Positions 49,846 through 62,514 of a stretch of DNA of 64,000 nucleotides are shown here, piece by piece. Made by a program: the position numbers and the translations under genes. How positions within the stretch are numbered: the stretch's first letter is position 1; each line of letters starts with the position of its first letter. The DNA lies in the NCBI GenBank assembly GCA_028534125.1, contig CM052818.1, forward strand, positions 37,450,001 through 37,514,000, in the 5' to 3' direction. The stretch is from Lama glama. Lineage: Eukaryota. A model generated the notes under the pieces. It saw only the letters and a list, made by a program, of their open reading frames with translations. It did no database searches and had not been told where the DNA came from.

Positions 49846-50930
49846 GACTGGGAGAAAATATTTGCAAAAGACACACCTGATGATAAAGGACCATTATCCA
49901 AAGTATACAAAGAATTTTTAAAGCTCAACAATAGAACAGAAACAAACCCGATAAATGGGCTAAAAACCTTAAAAGACACTTCACCAAAGAAGATACACAA
50001 ATGGCAGAAAAGCCTGTGGAAAAGTTCTCCACATTATATGTCACCAGGGAAACACAAATTAAAAAGACACCACTGCACACCTATTAGAATGCCAAAATCC
50101 AGAGCACTGACAAGCATGTGGAGCAACAGGAACCTCTATTCATTGCTGGCCAGACTGCAAGATGGTACAGTCACTCTGGAAGACAGTTTGGGGATTTTTT
50201 TCAAACTAAATGTACTCTTATCTTAGGATCCAGAAATTGAGCTACCTGCTGTTGCCCAAAGGAGTTGAAAACTTGTACCCATACAGAAACCTGTACATGA
50301 AAGTTTATGGCAGTTTTGCTCATAACTGTCAGAAGTTGTAAGAAACCAAGATGCTCTTAAGCAGGTGAATGAATAATGAAACAGTGGTAGATCCAGCCAA
50401 TGGAATATTATTCAGCACTAAAAAGAAATGAGTTATTAATCCAGGAAAAGACATAGAGGAAATGTAATTGCGTATTACCAAGTAAAAGAAGCCAGTCTGA
50501 CAAGGCTACATACTGTATAATGCCAACCATCTGATGCTCTGGAAAAGGCCAAACCATGGAGACAATAGAAAGATCAGTGGTTGCCCCGGCTTGGCGGGGG
50601 ATGAATAGGCAGAGCCCAGAGGATTTTTAGAACAATGAAAATATTGAAATATTGTGTATGATATTATATGGTGGATACATGTCATAATACGTTTGGCCAA
50701 ACCCACAGAATGTACAACACCAAGCATAAACCCTAATGTGAACTGTGGACTCTGGGTGATAATGATGTCCATATAGGTTCATCAGTTCAAACAAATGTAC
50801 CACTCTCGTGGGGAATGTTGGTAATGGGAAGGGGACCTGGGCTAAATGGGAAATCTCTGGACCTTCTGTTCAATTTTGCTGTGAACTTTAAACTGCTCTA
50901 AAAAACAGTCTATTTAAAAAAAAAGAAGAA
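49846..50930 (+). mobile_element. L1MC1-like 5'-truncated L1 (ORF2 C-terminus plus complete 3' UTR)
   Basis: Translation DWEKIFAKDTPDDKGPLSKVYKEFLKLNN...HCTPIRM...TLEDSL resembles the L1 ORF2p C-terminus. The 3' UTR 'aaccctaatgtgaactgtggactctgggtg' ends in an A tail. Confidence 0.92.
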
Positions 50931-53324
50931 GAATTCAGTTATAAAAGCATAACAAACATTTAAATATTTATAAACTACATTTTTTAGAACAATTACTAGT
51001 ATTTTATGAAACAGTAACAGAAGCTCTCTTAATAGTTTATCCGTAGTGGCTGACACACAGTAGGGACTGAATAAGCATTTATTGAATGGATGTGTGAGCG
51101 TATGAATGATTGTTTGCTCACTTCTGCATACACATCACTCAATAACTCACCATACTTACAGCCTACAACCTGAGGGCCACTCTAATTTAATCCGAGTTGG
51201 CCCTTCCAGACATAGTTCTGCTGTATGAAGCAGTTTCACCACAGGAGGCTTTCCTAGAAGTTTTGTTTTTTTAATGATCGTCTGTGTGTTTTGTTTTGTT
51301 TTTAAGCTAGCCAGTAGTTTTGTAGTCAGGCTTTGCTTTATAGATTTTGCTTTTAAAAATCCACTGAGTATTTCTGTATTCCTTGAAAGTTGACAGCAGA
51401 ACTGGCAAAATGTCAAGAATGATTCACAAAAATGCCAATACAGGGTATTCTTCAACAGAAGGAATACATCTTTGGAAGATTCTCTGTCTGGGTTAATTAG
51501 TGTTCTTTCTGAAACTCTCACAGAAATTTCTTAGAACTGCTTTTATTAGTGGTTTTATCCGTAGCACAGAAGAAGTCCTGACTGGGCTTTTAGTCTGGCC
51601 TTAATACAGTGATATCTGTTCTGACAATCCCTGTCTTTTGATTGGAAAAGAGATTTCAAGAAGACTCATTATTTGCTATTGTTATGAGAAATTGGCTTCT
51701 CAGTGTGAAGTTTAGTCTTGGAAGGGATTTTTTTCCCCCTGGCCCTGGAATACAGATGCCATTGAAAGAAATGCCCTGTCTTACATGGAGTCAGATGGAG
51801 CATCAAGTCAGAATTACACACGGTGGAAGCCCTGGCTATTGGTCTTTCTCTCTCTGTGCTGCTCCCCCAAACCTCCCTACATAAATGGATCCTTTTAATC
51901 AGGGTAAACTGTCTTCCCTGTCAAAATACATCAGCTGTCAGGCTGAAGGTTGAGTGAGGCTGACAGATTCGGAAATCTCAGTCCCAGACAAATGCCTTTT
52001 TGTGGCTGCTGCTTCCCTTCCTCCCTTTGCCTGCTTCCATTCTGGATTTTTTGATGTGGGTGGTAGCTGAGATCAGATGGGGGAGCATTTTCTATCCTGG
52101 GGAGCTGTACCTTGTCTGCAGTTGTATGCTGTGTATACTGTGTTTAAAGCCATTTCATCGAGGTGGAACAAACAAAAATAGCACCTCCATGCTTTTCCTT
52201 CTCTTCTTCTCTCGTTGCCCTGAGAAATACACGTCATATTTACTTTCAAAACAATAGTTCTTGAATGTATTACATTTCTCTTTTAAAAACCACAGAGTAT
52301 ATTTGTATTATATTTGTATAACTTTTTTTTTAAAACGTATTTTCCAACATCATTCCATTTGATGTAGCAGGATAAGGGAGGAAGAGAAGACAGCTTTTTA
52401 GAAAATTGCTTCACCTTTTTTTGGAGAAAACTGAGGACCAGAGAGGTGGAGTGGTTTTCAAAACCTCAGCGATGGCAGAAAAGGCAGAACCACTGTCCAC
52501 TGAAGTTAATTTTCTCTGTGCTCTGCCTGTGATGAAAACTCACAGGAAGCCTTCCGCCTTGTTGGCAGATGATGGTTCATTTGCACCTGAGTCATTAGGC
52601 CCAAATTTCACCCCACCTCAAAGGATGCATTAAAGAAGTGGGGGAATGTACAGGGAGAGCCAGGCAAGATCAGGCTGCTGAGTCAGAGAGAGAGTGGGTG
52701 GAGATGAAGAGATGCGGGACTGCAGGACAAGAGTTAAGTTTTTATCATCCTAAACTGTTTGGACAGAGAAGAACCAAACCATGAATGTGATTAATTAATA
52801 ATCTGAACATTTTTTGAGCACATAGACTATTCCTGGAGCAATATACTTAGGATACAAGAAGTCCTTTTGGGAGAAATACCCTGCAACAAATATGGTAAAA
52901 CCACCCATATTAGGCTTCTGGTTCAAGATGATGATTTGAGCCCTATGCATTTAATTTAATTCCATTATGTCTCAAATTCACATTTACATGAATATATATA
53001 TATATAATATACATATGTGTATATATGCAAATGTGAATGTGGATATATGTATATATGTCTATGTATACACACACACGTACATTGGAGAAATTTGTATCTG
53101 CATAGATAAGAAAAGGAAGAACATGTACAAAATGTCAGGTTGACAGTATCAAATTGAAGGCTGGATTGATAAACCTAGGATCCAGTCATTGTGAAGCCAC
53201 AATACAAAGGCTTAGAACTAAGACAAAGGGAACATTTTGGAACAAAAAACAAGTTTATCACATATGGCCAACCACAGCTCATACAGACATCTGTCATATT
53301 CTTCTAATAAGTCATAAGGTTAGA

Positions 53325-53740
53325 ATTATATCCCAGCCACCTCAATCATTACCTATCCTTTCTTGTCACCTTTATTCTTATTTATTTGGGATCCCACCTC
53401 AACCTCGGTGGGCTTAACCATAGGGCTTGTGGCCAATGGAATGTATTTGGTGGTGATGGTGTACCAGTTGCAGCTTGGACCTGAAGACGTGTCCTTTGCT
53501 TTGGCTCGCCGTCATGTGGTCCTGTGATTCACCCTGGACAGCACAAACCTAAGGTATCTACCTTCTAGAAAGAGAAGATGTATGGAATAATACGAAACTG
53601 ACTTGCAGTCATGCCCACCCTATCCCAGCAAAGCCATAGCTAACCCGCAAAAGTGAGAAAAGTAAGTGCTTGCTATTGTAACCTATCAAAATCTTGAGGT
53701 TTCTTGTCACACAGAAGTGTTATGGCAATAATTTGATACA
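53325..53740 (+). mobile_element. MaLR MLT1H/I-like solo LTR
   Basis: 'cttgtggccaatggaatgt', 'taagtgcttgctattgtaacc', ending 'ttatggcaataatttgataca'. Confidence 0.7.
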
Positions 53741-55309
53741 CCGTGGGTTCTCCCTTACTGTACTTGGTGGGGGACACATGCGCTTTAAGCTAGGGCATTG
53801 CTGAAGAGGATTTGTTACTGAGCAAAGTCATGTCCATGAGAGAAAGGCTGGAGTAGCCCAGCTAACTTCAGTGTGTCACAGCCAACTTGAGTGGGGACAT
53901 CCAACTGTTTTGCAAGTAGCAAGTTTTTTACCGTAACTTCTCTCCGGCTATCTTGATGCAAACGTATGCTAATCAGTCAGGCGGGGCACTGTCAGGAGCA
54001 AGCAGCAGGAGCCGGAGGAGAGGGCCTGGAGACAATGGGGGCAAATTTTACTTTTTAGAAATGGAATTGGTGTGTGTTGTGGACAGAGATGCACAGAGCT
54101 ACTCTAGTTGCATGCCTGGGAAGGAGGAGGCTTTGCAACCGCCTCGCGACTTGGACATTTGCACCACCTGGTAAACGGGGAGCGATCTCTACTAAGACTG
54201 AGCTGCTACAAGGGACATAAATGTCAAGCAGACACAGAGAAACAAGCTCATGTCAGAAGAGTGAAACTTTCTGGCTTAACAAAATGCATATAGCAAAAGT
54301 CCCTTTCCTGCCCGCCACTTAAAATCGGTATCCTTACCTGGCAAAATAAAAGTGCAGAGAACAGCACGGAGCAGCCAGGTCATTGTCAATATCTTGCTGA
54401 GGAAATTTCCCTGTTTTATTTGATGTTTTTTGTGTGGCTGCCAAAGCATTCTAGAGTGATAGTCCGAGCCTGGTGACTTCAGAGATTTCCGTGATGTCTG
54501 TCCTGAAGTCATTCACACTGTGAGATTCGGGGTCCCTTGATGATTGTCTAGGCTGTCTCCATCCCTCTGATACCTGCCCTGTGTTTCAAAGAATTGGGGG
54601 CATTGCCTTACATTTACTGAATCTTAGGGTAGAAAGAAAGTTTCTATCTAGTAACTCAAGTCTATATTATATCTTGGAAAAATGTTCTCACAATATTCAG
54701 TATGTGAATGGCATCCTTCCCTGTTTGGTCACACTGATACAGTTTTCTAAAATATACATACTTTTATGTAACAGTGTAAATATAAATGAAAATTTCGCAT
54801 GGTGCACTCAAATATATGGACTCTGTTTACCATCTTGAATGGAAACTTGGAAGCATTTCCAGAATCTAATGAACAGAATTGACAATGGATTATATTATGG
54901 GAGATTTGGAGACTTTGTTTTGTTTGAGAGCCTGAGGGATGAAGTTGTGGAAGGAAAGCACATATAGAAAGAATTGAATTCATTTCTGTGTAGCCCTCAC
55001 ATTTGCAGATCAAACAACGGAAAGGACTACTCAAGAAAATGTATACGGAATTTTCAGGTAGTAAGGAGAAAAATCAAGATATTGCACAGTCTTGGAAACA
55101 AAGAAAAGAGATGGTTCAGAAAATCAGTGGGTGACACAACGTGACAAATGCTACTGGAGAACGGGTATGATAAGGATTAAACTGGCCCTCAGGAAGGAAG
55201 GTTGAGTGGTCCTAGTGATCTTGGAGAGATCAGTATCAAGAAAGGGGCCTGGGACGGATGGCAGAGGGGGAAAGCTACATAAGTCGACCGCCCATTCAGG
55301 GATTCAGTT

Positions 55310-55488
55310 AACTAGCCATCTCTCTTTACCGTATTCTGATTATTTGTTTACTTGGCTCTCTTCCCAAAGGGTGATACGATCTTGAGGGCAAGCACTCTGT
55401 CTTTAATTTTAGTGTCACCAGCATCTTGCTGGTGGTAAGAGCCTGGCACGTGGTAAGCATTCACTGAATGCTCCTAAATGAATGAATT
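55310..55488 (+). mobile_element. L2 3' terminus
   Basis: 'cttgagggcaagcactctgtc...gcctggcacgtggtaagcattcactgaatgctcctaaatgaatgaat'. Confidence 0.75.
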
Positions 55489-56619
55489 TCCAGATTTGGT
55501 GGTTGATAAGCACCATGTTGATAGATATTCCTCACACCTTTAGCAAAGGGACAGAGAAAGCGGGAGCCCCCTGGAGAGAGTTCTCTAAAAGCCTGAGCAA
55601 AGCTTTTCTGTGCAACCTGGAATAGATGCATGGCTGAAGCCATAGTCTGCAGAAACTGCAAGGGTAATTTTAGGTCATCAGGATGTCATTTCCCTAAATG
55701 GAATAACTAGTCTCTTGCTGGTTGGAAATCAAGTGTATTTTTGTCAGAGAGCTTTCGGTGCAGATACTGGTGATGGCTTTGCTGCTTTGAATTGAAGCTT
55801 TTAGCCCTCATTCTGTAAGCATTGGGTTCGGATCCATATTTAAAATGGAAAATGCTATTTAAAAATATCTGATAGCCCATTAAAGTTCATCGTTCTATCA
55901 TCTTACCGTCTCCTCTCAAAAGCAAGGGCTGGGCTGCACTCTGCTCTGCTGGAAGCCGCTTTCACACTGACACGGCGCACAAAAGCTGACTGTCTCTCCT
56001 TGAAGGGGTAAGAGCTTCTCCTCTCTGAATAGGTCACTTTTTAGGAAGCATTGTTCCAATCCAGCTAAGTTCAGTCTGATCATTTTCTCCAGTTCAATCT
56101 TCTAAAAAAAGTATCCATTTTGAAACTTTAAATTCCATTCTGACTTTTTTTTAATCCTTTATCTCTCATGAGGTGGTTTTTATTTTTGTTTCCTTTTCCC
56201 CTTTTCCAACAAGTGCTAGTATCGCCTTCTATCTTATTTGTGGGTATATATATTTTATAATAACTTCTGTGTATGAACATATCATTTAGGAAATTAAAGG
56301 AAATGGATGGGTTCATTTATCTATACATAGTGGGAATTCTGGCCAAGTGTCTGTGGCACCTAAACATAATAGGTTCAGTCTTTACCTCTTCATCTTTCTT
56401 CTTGTTTGGAATGAACAGAGAAGATGGTATTCTGTCTGTTCAAGGCTTCTCTTGGCTCTGGCTGATTTGCTCAAATCTTTTTTGTTTCAGTCTGACATGA
56501 GGGTCCAGACTGATATTAGAGATAACAACCTTAGTGACAGAAGAATGCTTAAGGTGGCAAAGCTCTGGATCAAAACAAAGATTCTTTCTCCTCTTTCTTC
56601 CCCACTCTCATACCTTCCA

Positions 56620-56975
56620 GCCTCCACTCCACCCGGGACGTTCTAAGGGTCTGTTTCCTTCTATAGACTCAGAATCGCCGTGAGAGGTCTCTTCCTCTCT
56701 GCGCCACCTCTCCCTGTTTCCCTGACCGCTGTATCCACAGGAACCTCTCTCTACCCTGCCATCACTCAGCTCTTACTTAGCCACGTCTCTGTACTCTTCA
56801 CAAGCTACTTTGACTTTTTACTTCTTTTTTTTTTACTAGCGTATGGCTACATTCTAATCTTTTGAGAGTCAGGGATACTCTTTTTTTTTTTTTTCAGCTC
56901 CGTTTCTCCTTCAGTCTTAGAGAACACCTACCCATAGTAGGTATTCAATCAGCATGTTTGTTGGTTTGCTGACTA
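56620..56975 (+). mobile_element. L2 3' fragment
   Basis: 'ctttgagagtcagggatactc...acctacccatagtaggtattcaatcagcatgtttgttg'. Confidence 0.55.
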
Positions 56976-58105
56976 GATCCCCTTTGCAAGGTCTGTTTTT
57001 ATATTTCTGATCGCAGTTTTCAATTTTGTGCAACCTTTAGTTAAATGCCTCTTCTCCTAGGCAACCAGTCTGGGCTGATCCCTTAGGACCTTGCTCAAGA
57101 ACAAATTTGTTTTATTTCAGAATGGCAGGCGACAGTTGGTTATAACTTTGATACTCATTAAAATCACATATCACTGCTTATCTGAAGGCCTCAAAAGGAT
57201 CACAAATATTTGTGGCCTGATTAATGATTTGATGACACATTTCACTCATAAGATTTTATTTTGTTTCCCAAAGCAATCATTTCTGGTAAGTAAACCAAAT
57301 GCTACTCCATGTTAGAGAAAGGTGAAATGTCTGAACTTGCTGAATGTCACAAAGCCAGCCAATGGCAACCTGGAACTGGAAACAAGTTTCCCGACTCCAA
57401 GGCTAGTGGGCTTTTGTTCGTTTATTCTTTACTTGTTTCCCTTCTACCAGAGCGTTCTCCTGGCTATTAAGTTTTTCGTGTGCCCCTTCACTTGTTCCCC
57501 TGGAAATTCAGGGAATTTATGTCGTTTTTATTCAGTTTTGTGCCCATATATGGTAACGCTTGTCTTCTGTGGCTATATAAAAGGTTTTCCCAGAGTGAAT
57601 GGTTCTTTAGCAAATTTGTAGCGTGGTATTTTAAACAGAGTCCTTCAAATGAATTTCAAAAAGGTTGGCATGTTAGGGCTGACCTTTACACAGAGTGAAT
57701 CCAACTTGGCATTTTCCATATGCTTCCAGAGGAGGCTTCTCCAAGATTGCTTCCTCTCCCTACCCTCCCGGCCTTAATTATTCCTGATCCTTTATACTAA
57801 TGCTTTGCTTAAGTGAATGCCATTGTATCTACCCGTGGCCTCTCAGAAGAGCAGGTCAGAGCAATTACCATTACAGAATGATTGGCTTTTGCATAGTAGA
57901 ACCGAGACTTACAGGAAGAGAACTTTTACTGCCTTTCTGTGGCCGAGCCAGTGCAGAAAGGGCCCCCCCCCCCGCAGTGGCCAGCATATTACCTCACACA
58001 AAGCCAGCTCCATAAATACAGCGCCACCATTGTCGGCTGAGTCCTGGTGTTCCCCTGGTAAAACGAAGACAGTAAGCATCAAAAAACAGGATGAGGGTCT
58101 ATCTC

Positions 58106-58557
58106 TGCCCTGGGTTGAATCGTGTCCCCACCAGGGTATGTCTAACCACAAGCTCGGAATGCGGCCTTATTTGGACATCAGGTCATTGCAGATGTAACTG
58201 GTTGCGATGGGGTCGTTCTATAGTCGGGTGGGCCCTAAATCCAGTATAGCTGGTGTCCTGAGGAGAAGAGGAGAGGACACACAGGAATACTAACACAGAG
58301 GGATGATGGCCAGGCCAGGATGGAGGCAGACGTTAGAGTGAACAAGACAAGGAACGCCAAAGACGGCAAGCAATAGCAGAGGCTAAGAGAAAGGCAGGGG
58401 ACAGAGCCTCCCCGCGAGCCTTCAGAGAGAGTAGGAAGGCTCTGCTGACACCTTGATCTTGGACTTGCACCCTCCAGAATGTGACGGAATATATTTCTGT
58501 TGTTCTAAACTACCTAATCTGTGAGAATTTCTTACAGCACTCCTAGGAAACTAAGGT
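58106..58557 (+). mobile_element. MaLR MLT1C-like solo LTR
   Basis: 'gggttgaatcgtgtcccc', 'ccttatttggacatcaggtcattgcagatgtaa', 'gggtgggccctaaatcca', 'ctgctgacaccttgatcttggactt', 'ctaggaaactaa'. Confidence 0.9.
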
Positions 58558-60003
58558 AGGCGCCCACCCGTAAAAGACGTGTGCTTGCTCTGAGAGGATA
58601 GCGTTCCTACAAAACCTGGTGCCAGACAGAGGCTGCCCTGGTAGTTTAGGTGTGGCTCAGCCAGTCTGGGGAAGGGGGTCCAGTGAGCTGGTATGCTCAG
58701 TGTAGTGCCCAGGGGAAGTCGGACTTGAGATGGACTTGAAAAGTTAAGTGGAACATAGAAAGTTGTAAAGGATGGGAGACACGTTCTAGGGAGACGACTC
58801 ACGTGCTTCGTGCTGATTTTGTGGGACTGGGGGAGGGGGCGGGTTGTGAAGAGCCACAGACTAAGAGCCGAGGCAGGTGTTTGGACTGGACCATTTAGCC
58901 GGCATGGGAGCACGGGCGGTTTCTAAGCCCCGAGGAAATGCATCCATCATCCTTTCACCGATTATTGATAAGGTCACTTTTCCTTCCATTTCTAATATAT
59001 ATTGCAAACTGTAGAGAAGTCTATATTGCTCAGAGGAAAAAAGAAGCCCCGGCTTTGATTTTTCCCAATACCTCGTTTTGAATGAATCCCTGTCAGTTCT
59101 TGTTAGCCTGCTTTAATTTGACATCATCAGTGAGAGACTGGCGTCCTGTGGAACTGTCTCTCTGAGCCAGATGCCATGAGATGGCCACTGAGATGACTTT
59201 GGCCTTTTTCACTGGGAGGACTGGTTTCCCGGGAGGCAGCCCCTGGAGGGGTTTCCTACAGCAACGGGCCAGGCCTCCATATGAATTCTGCCGCTGTGCC
59301 CTCCCTTGGCTGAGAGTCAAGACGTGCCCTGTGCTCTTGAACTCTGTGTAGGCTAACATCTCTCCCTCCAGAGAGGGAGCCAGCTTAGACAAGGCTCCCT
59401 CTTATACCCGAGGACACTACGGCAAGTGTTTTCTCCAACTGTGACAGAGCAGTGCTGCCTTGGCTACAGAGCAAATTCCAGTTTGAGCGCAATCCGAGTA
59501 GGAAAGGCTTTCCTTGACCTTGACCACTCTGCTGACATTCACTTCAGAAATGCCTGAGCATAACACAATAGATCTGGTTAGAAAAGGAATGGAAAATAAG
59601 ATTCCATAATAGTATTTGTTTTCAGATGTTGATTTTGATAGTGAGTTGACATATTTGCCACTGATATTAAGATATTTTCAGTGTTCCAGAGGCATCTCTC
59701 TCTCTTTTAAACATTTATTTTATATTCAATAAGTATTATCAAAATATTGAAAGGCCCAGAGTGAGTAGATTAATAAGTAATATTGACAATATCTGATATG
59801 TAGTTGGGGTACAATAACTATACAATGAAAGAATGAATAACTTAACAAATAAAGTAACATATCTAATTTTCACACATATCTCTGGCCCCAAATATTTTCT
59901 ACATGTATTTTAAAGTGTGTGTTTTCATAAGGTGTTTCACCAGATGAGATAGGAGTTGTGTTCATTTTTGACATGAGGTTGAATAAAGAGTTAAATGAAA
60001 ATG

Positions 60004-60125
60004 GGGGAGAGGGTACAGCTCAGTGGTAGGACACATGCCTAGCAAGAACAAGGTCCTGGGTTCAATCCCTGGTGCCTCCTTTTAAATAAATAAATACAAC
60101 CTAATTGCCTCCCCCTACCCCAAAA
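60004..60125 (+). mobile_element. Camelid tRNA-derived SINE (Vic-1-like)
   Basis: A box 'cagctcagtgg', B box 'ggttcaatccc' (60059-60069), tail 'aaataaataaatacaacctaattgcctccccc'. Perfect 15-bp repeat agttaaatgaaaatg at 59989-60003 and 60186-60200. Confidence 0.92.
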
Positions 60126-62200
60126 GTATACAGTGATATAGATTAATTGTATCTCAATAAAATTGGAAGGAAAAAACACTTTTTAAGTTAAATGAAAATG
60201 AATAAAACCAACTCCTCTTAATTAAACACCTGGTGGGTAGATTGGGTTAAATTCATCAAAAGTTACTATATAAAGTGGTTTGTAATAGACTGTCCTATCT
60301 AAGAAACAATCTGGGGGCTAAGAGTCGAGATGAGGGGGCACCATTTCTTCCCATGTAGAATTTACTCGAGAAGGATAAATAAAAGGGCAACGACCATAAG
60401 CTGCATTGAAATCTGTGGCAAAAGAAGGCTAGGATGTCAAGTGGGCCCAGAGGAGGGAGCCCCTGACTCTCTCTGGATCACACATAAAGACCCTGGTAGA
60501 AGTTACTGGATGAGGATCCAGTTTTCCAAGTAGTGTTCAAAATGGACCAACGCATCAGCCCGGTCACTAGCATGCGGCTCCGAATCAGAGTTCAGTAATG
60601 ATTCTGAGTTCTAGAGTATTGGTCTGGGAATTTTTATTTCCCGGCAGGAGTGAAATTAACCCTCTGTGACTTCTGTGATATCAGCTGTGTGATGAGAAGG
60701 CCAGTAGAGGCTCAGAGACACAGGGCCCTTTGATACTGCTTAAGGCCTTGGGGTGACCTTGAAGTTGCCTCTACCCCTAGCTATCCTTTGCGAACCTTTT
60801 GCTGCTTCCTGGATGGCACCTGTTACCACCTGGCCTGAGTTCCCGGGAAGAGTCTCACATCCGCTTTGCTGGTGAAAGTTTATAACCAACATGGCAGCGC
60901 TTCCATTTCGAAACAGAGGGGAAATGTGAGTTGATGCCCTGGAAATCTCTTCTCTGGAAAGGAGAAACTCTATAGAGGGAAGACCTAAAAAAAAGGGGTG
61001 GTTGTGACTGTCAACATCTCAGAAGGAAGGTTGTTACACGGGGTGATTGCTTAGGGGGTGCAGCCTTACGGGTAGAAAGACAGTGCTCAGCGGACTGCAG
61101 GCTCGCAGTGCTGAAAAAGTGTCCTCTGTGTCCAAGGCTGGCAAATGTTCGAGGACCTCTGGGATTATTGCTCCTCTTTGCACTGCCTAATTTAGGAGAT
61201 TTTTTTTTATTCTTGGAAAGTGATGTTTCTGGGTCATTTAATCCCTATTGTCAACACCGGACCCCCCACCCTGCCATTCCCATTTTTTAAATAAGGTGAT
61301 GTTAGTTCCCCCTTGGAGACAATATGCTGTGCACTTCACTGTGGGACCAGAAGGGACTATAATTCCACACTGAGAGGCATGATGTCTGCTTAAAAAGTAC
61401 AAAGCATTGTTAGACCGAAATAAATTATCATTAAGTATGTGACAAGGAGTTAAGTTACTACAACTTGCTCACCACATGATTTGGTAGAAAAAGGCAAAGT
61501 TAAGAGTTTCATAATGTGATGCTTTTGTCTGGAGTGGACAATTGTGCTCCGTGTGTCTACACACAGACAGGGGGTGCAGTTATGAGTTTGTATGGGCCCC
61601 CTAGAGGTTTGGGAATGAGAGCGCTGTGCGTTCAAAGCAGCACAAAGCAAACAGACAAGCAAATCCGGAGCAAACGCTGAGCTTCAGTCCCCTCAGTCTC
61701 CACTCAAGTCCCTTCCATTCATCACTGAGGCGTTTCCAAGGTAACTTCAATCTCAACCCCACAGGCCTTTGCAAATCAGAGTCAGTTTCTGGAATTTCTA
61801 GGGAGAGTTGAATAGAGCCAGCACTCTGCGCTGCATATCCCCACTCTGCCGTCTGCGTGGAGGTGAGCAGGAGGCTGGGGCTGCACTGTGAGAGAGCCCT
61901 ATGAGTTACACTTTGTGGGCTGGGGCTATAGGAGATTAACAAGAGCCTGGCGGGGAGGTCAGACCCTCCCTCTGGCTTCACTCTGAGCAGTGCATCTTCA
62001 TATGAGGTTCCCCATAGGTCTACGGGACCCACAGAGAAATGAATTACTTCTAGACTCCCCCAGAAAGCACCTCCCTAGACATCAGACAGAACACAACTCC
62101 TAAGATGACCCTGTCTGGCTTTTTTCCAGCCTGAATCACTGGGCTTCAGGCCTCTACTCACACCTCTAAGTTGACATTCAGGATCAGTGTATCTAATGCT

Positions 62201-62484
62201 TGTCTTAGTCCATTAGGGCAGCTATAGCGAAATATCACACCCTGGGTAGCTTCTAAACCAACAGGAATATATTTCTCACAGTTCTGGGGACCAGGCGGTC
62301 AAAAATCAAGCTTGATTTAAGTCCAAGATCAGTGTCTAGTGAGATCTCGCTTTCTGATTCATAGATGGTGACCTCTTACTGTGACCTTATATGGTGGAAG
62401 GGGCCAAGGAGCTCTCTGTGGCCTCTTTTATAAAGGAAATAGTGACCTGATCACATCCCAAAGACCCCACCTCTCAATACCAGT
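62201..62484 (-). mobile_element. MaLR MLT1A/MST-like LTR, truncated
   Basis: 'tgtcttagtccattagggcagctatagc', 'atttctcacagttctgggg', 'ggcctcttttataaagg', 'ccaaagaccccacctctcaatacca'. Confidence 0.85.
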
Positions 62485-62514
62485 GCGGACAGAAAACAGG
62501 GCTCTTTAAGCTTC

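Noticed and set aside
49768..50226. 152-aa ORF
   Set aside because: A microsatellite fused to a decayed L1 ORF2 remnant, not a host gene.
49739..50912. aacagtcta on both sides of the L1MC1-like element as a possible TSD
   Set aside because: The right copy lies inside the L1 3' end before the A tail, and the left copy is about 100 bp from the junction. Probably coincidence.
4413..50930. Long-range inverted pair of L1MC1-like ends (also the SINE pair at 24 kb and 60 kb)
   Set aside because: Independent, diverged insertions tens of kb apart, as expected in mammalian DNA.
55416..55434. 8-bp hairpin caccagca-tct-tgctggtg
   Set aside because: Isolated short stem inside an L2, too short for a miRNA precursor and plausible by chance.
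60004..60080. tRNA gene-like A/B boxes (also at about 24210-24282)
   Set aside because: The SINE tail and TSDs show these are tRNA-derived SINE heads, not tRNA genes.
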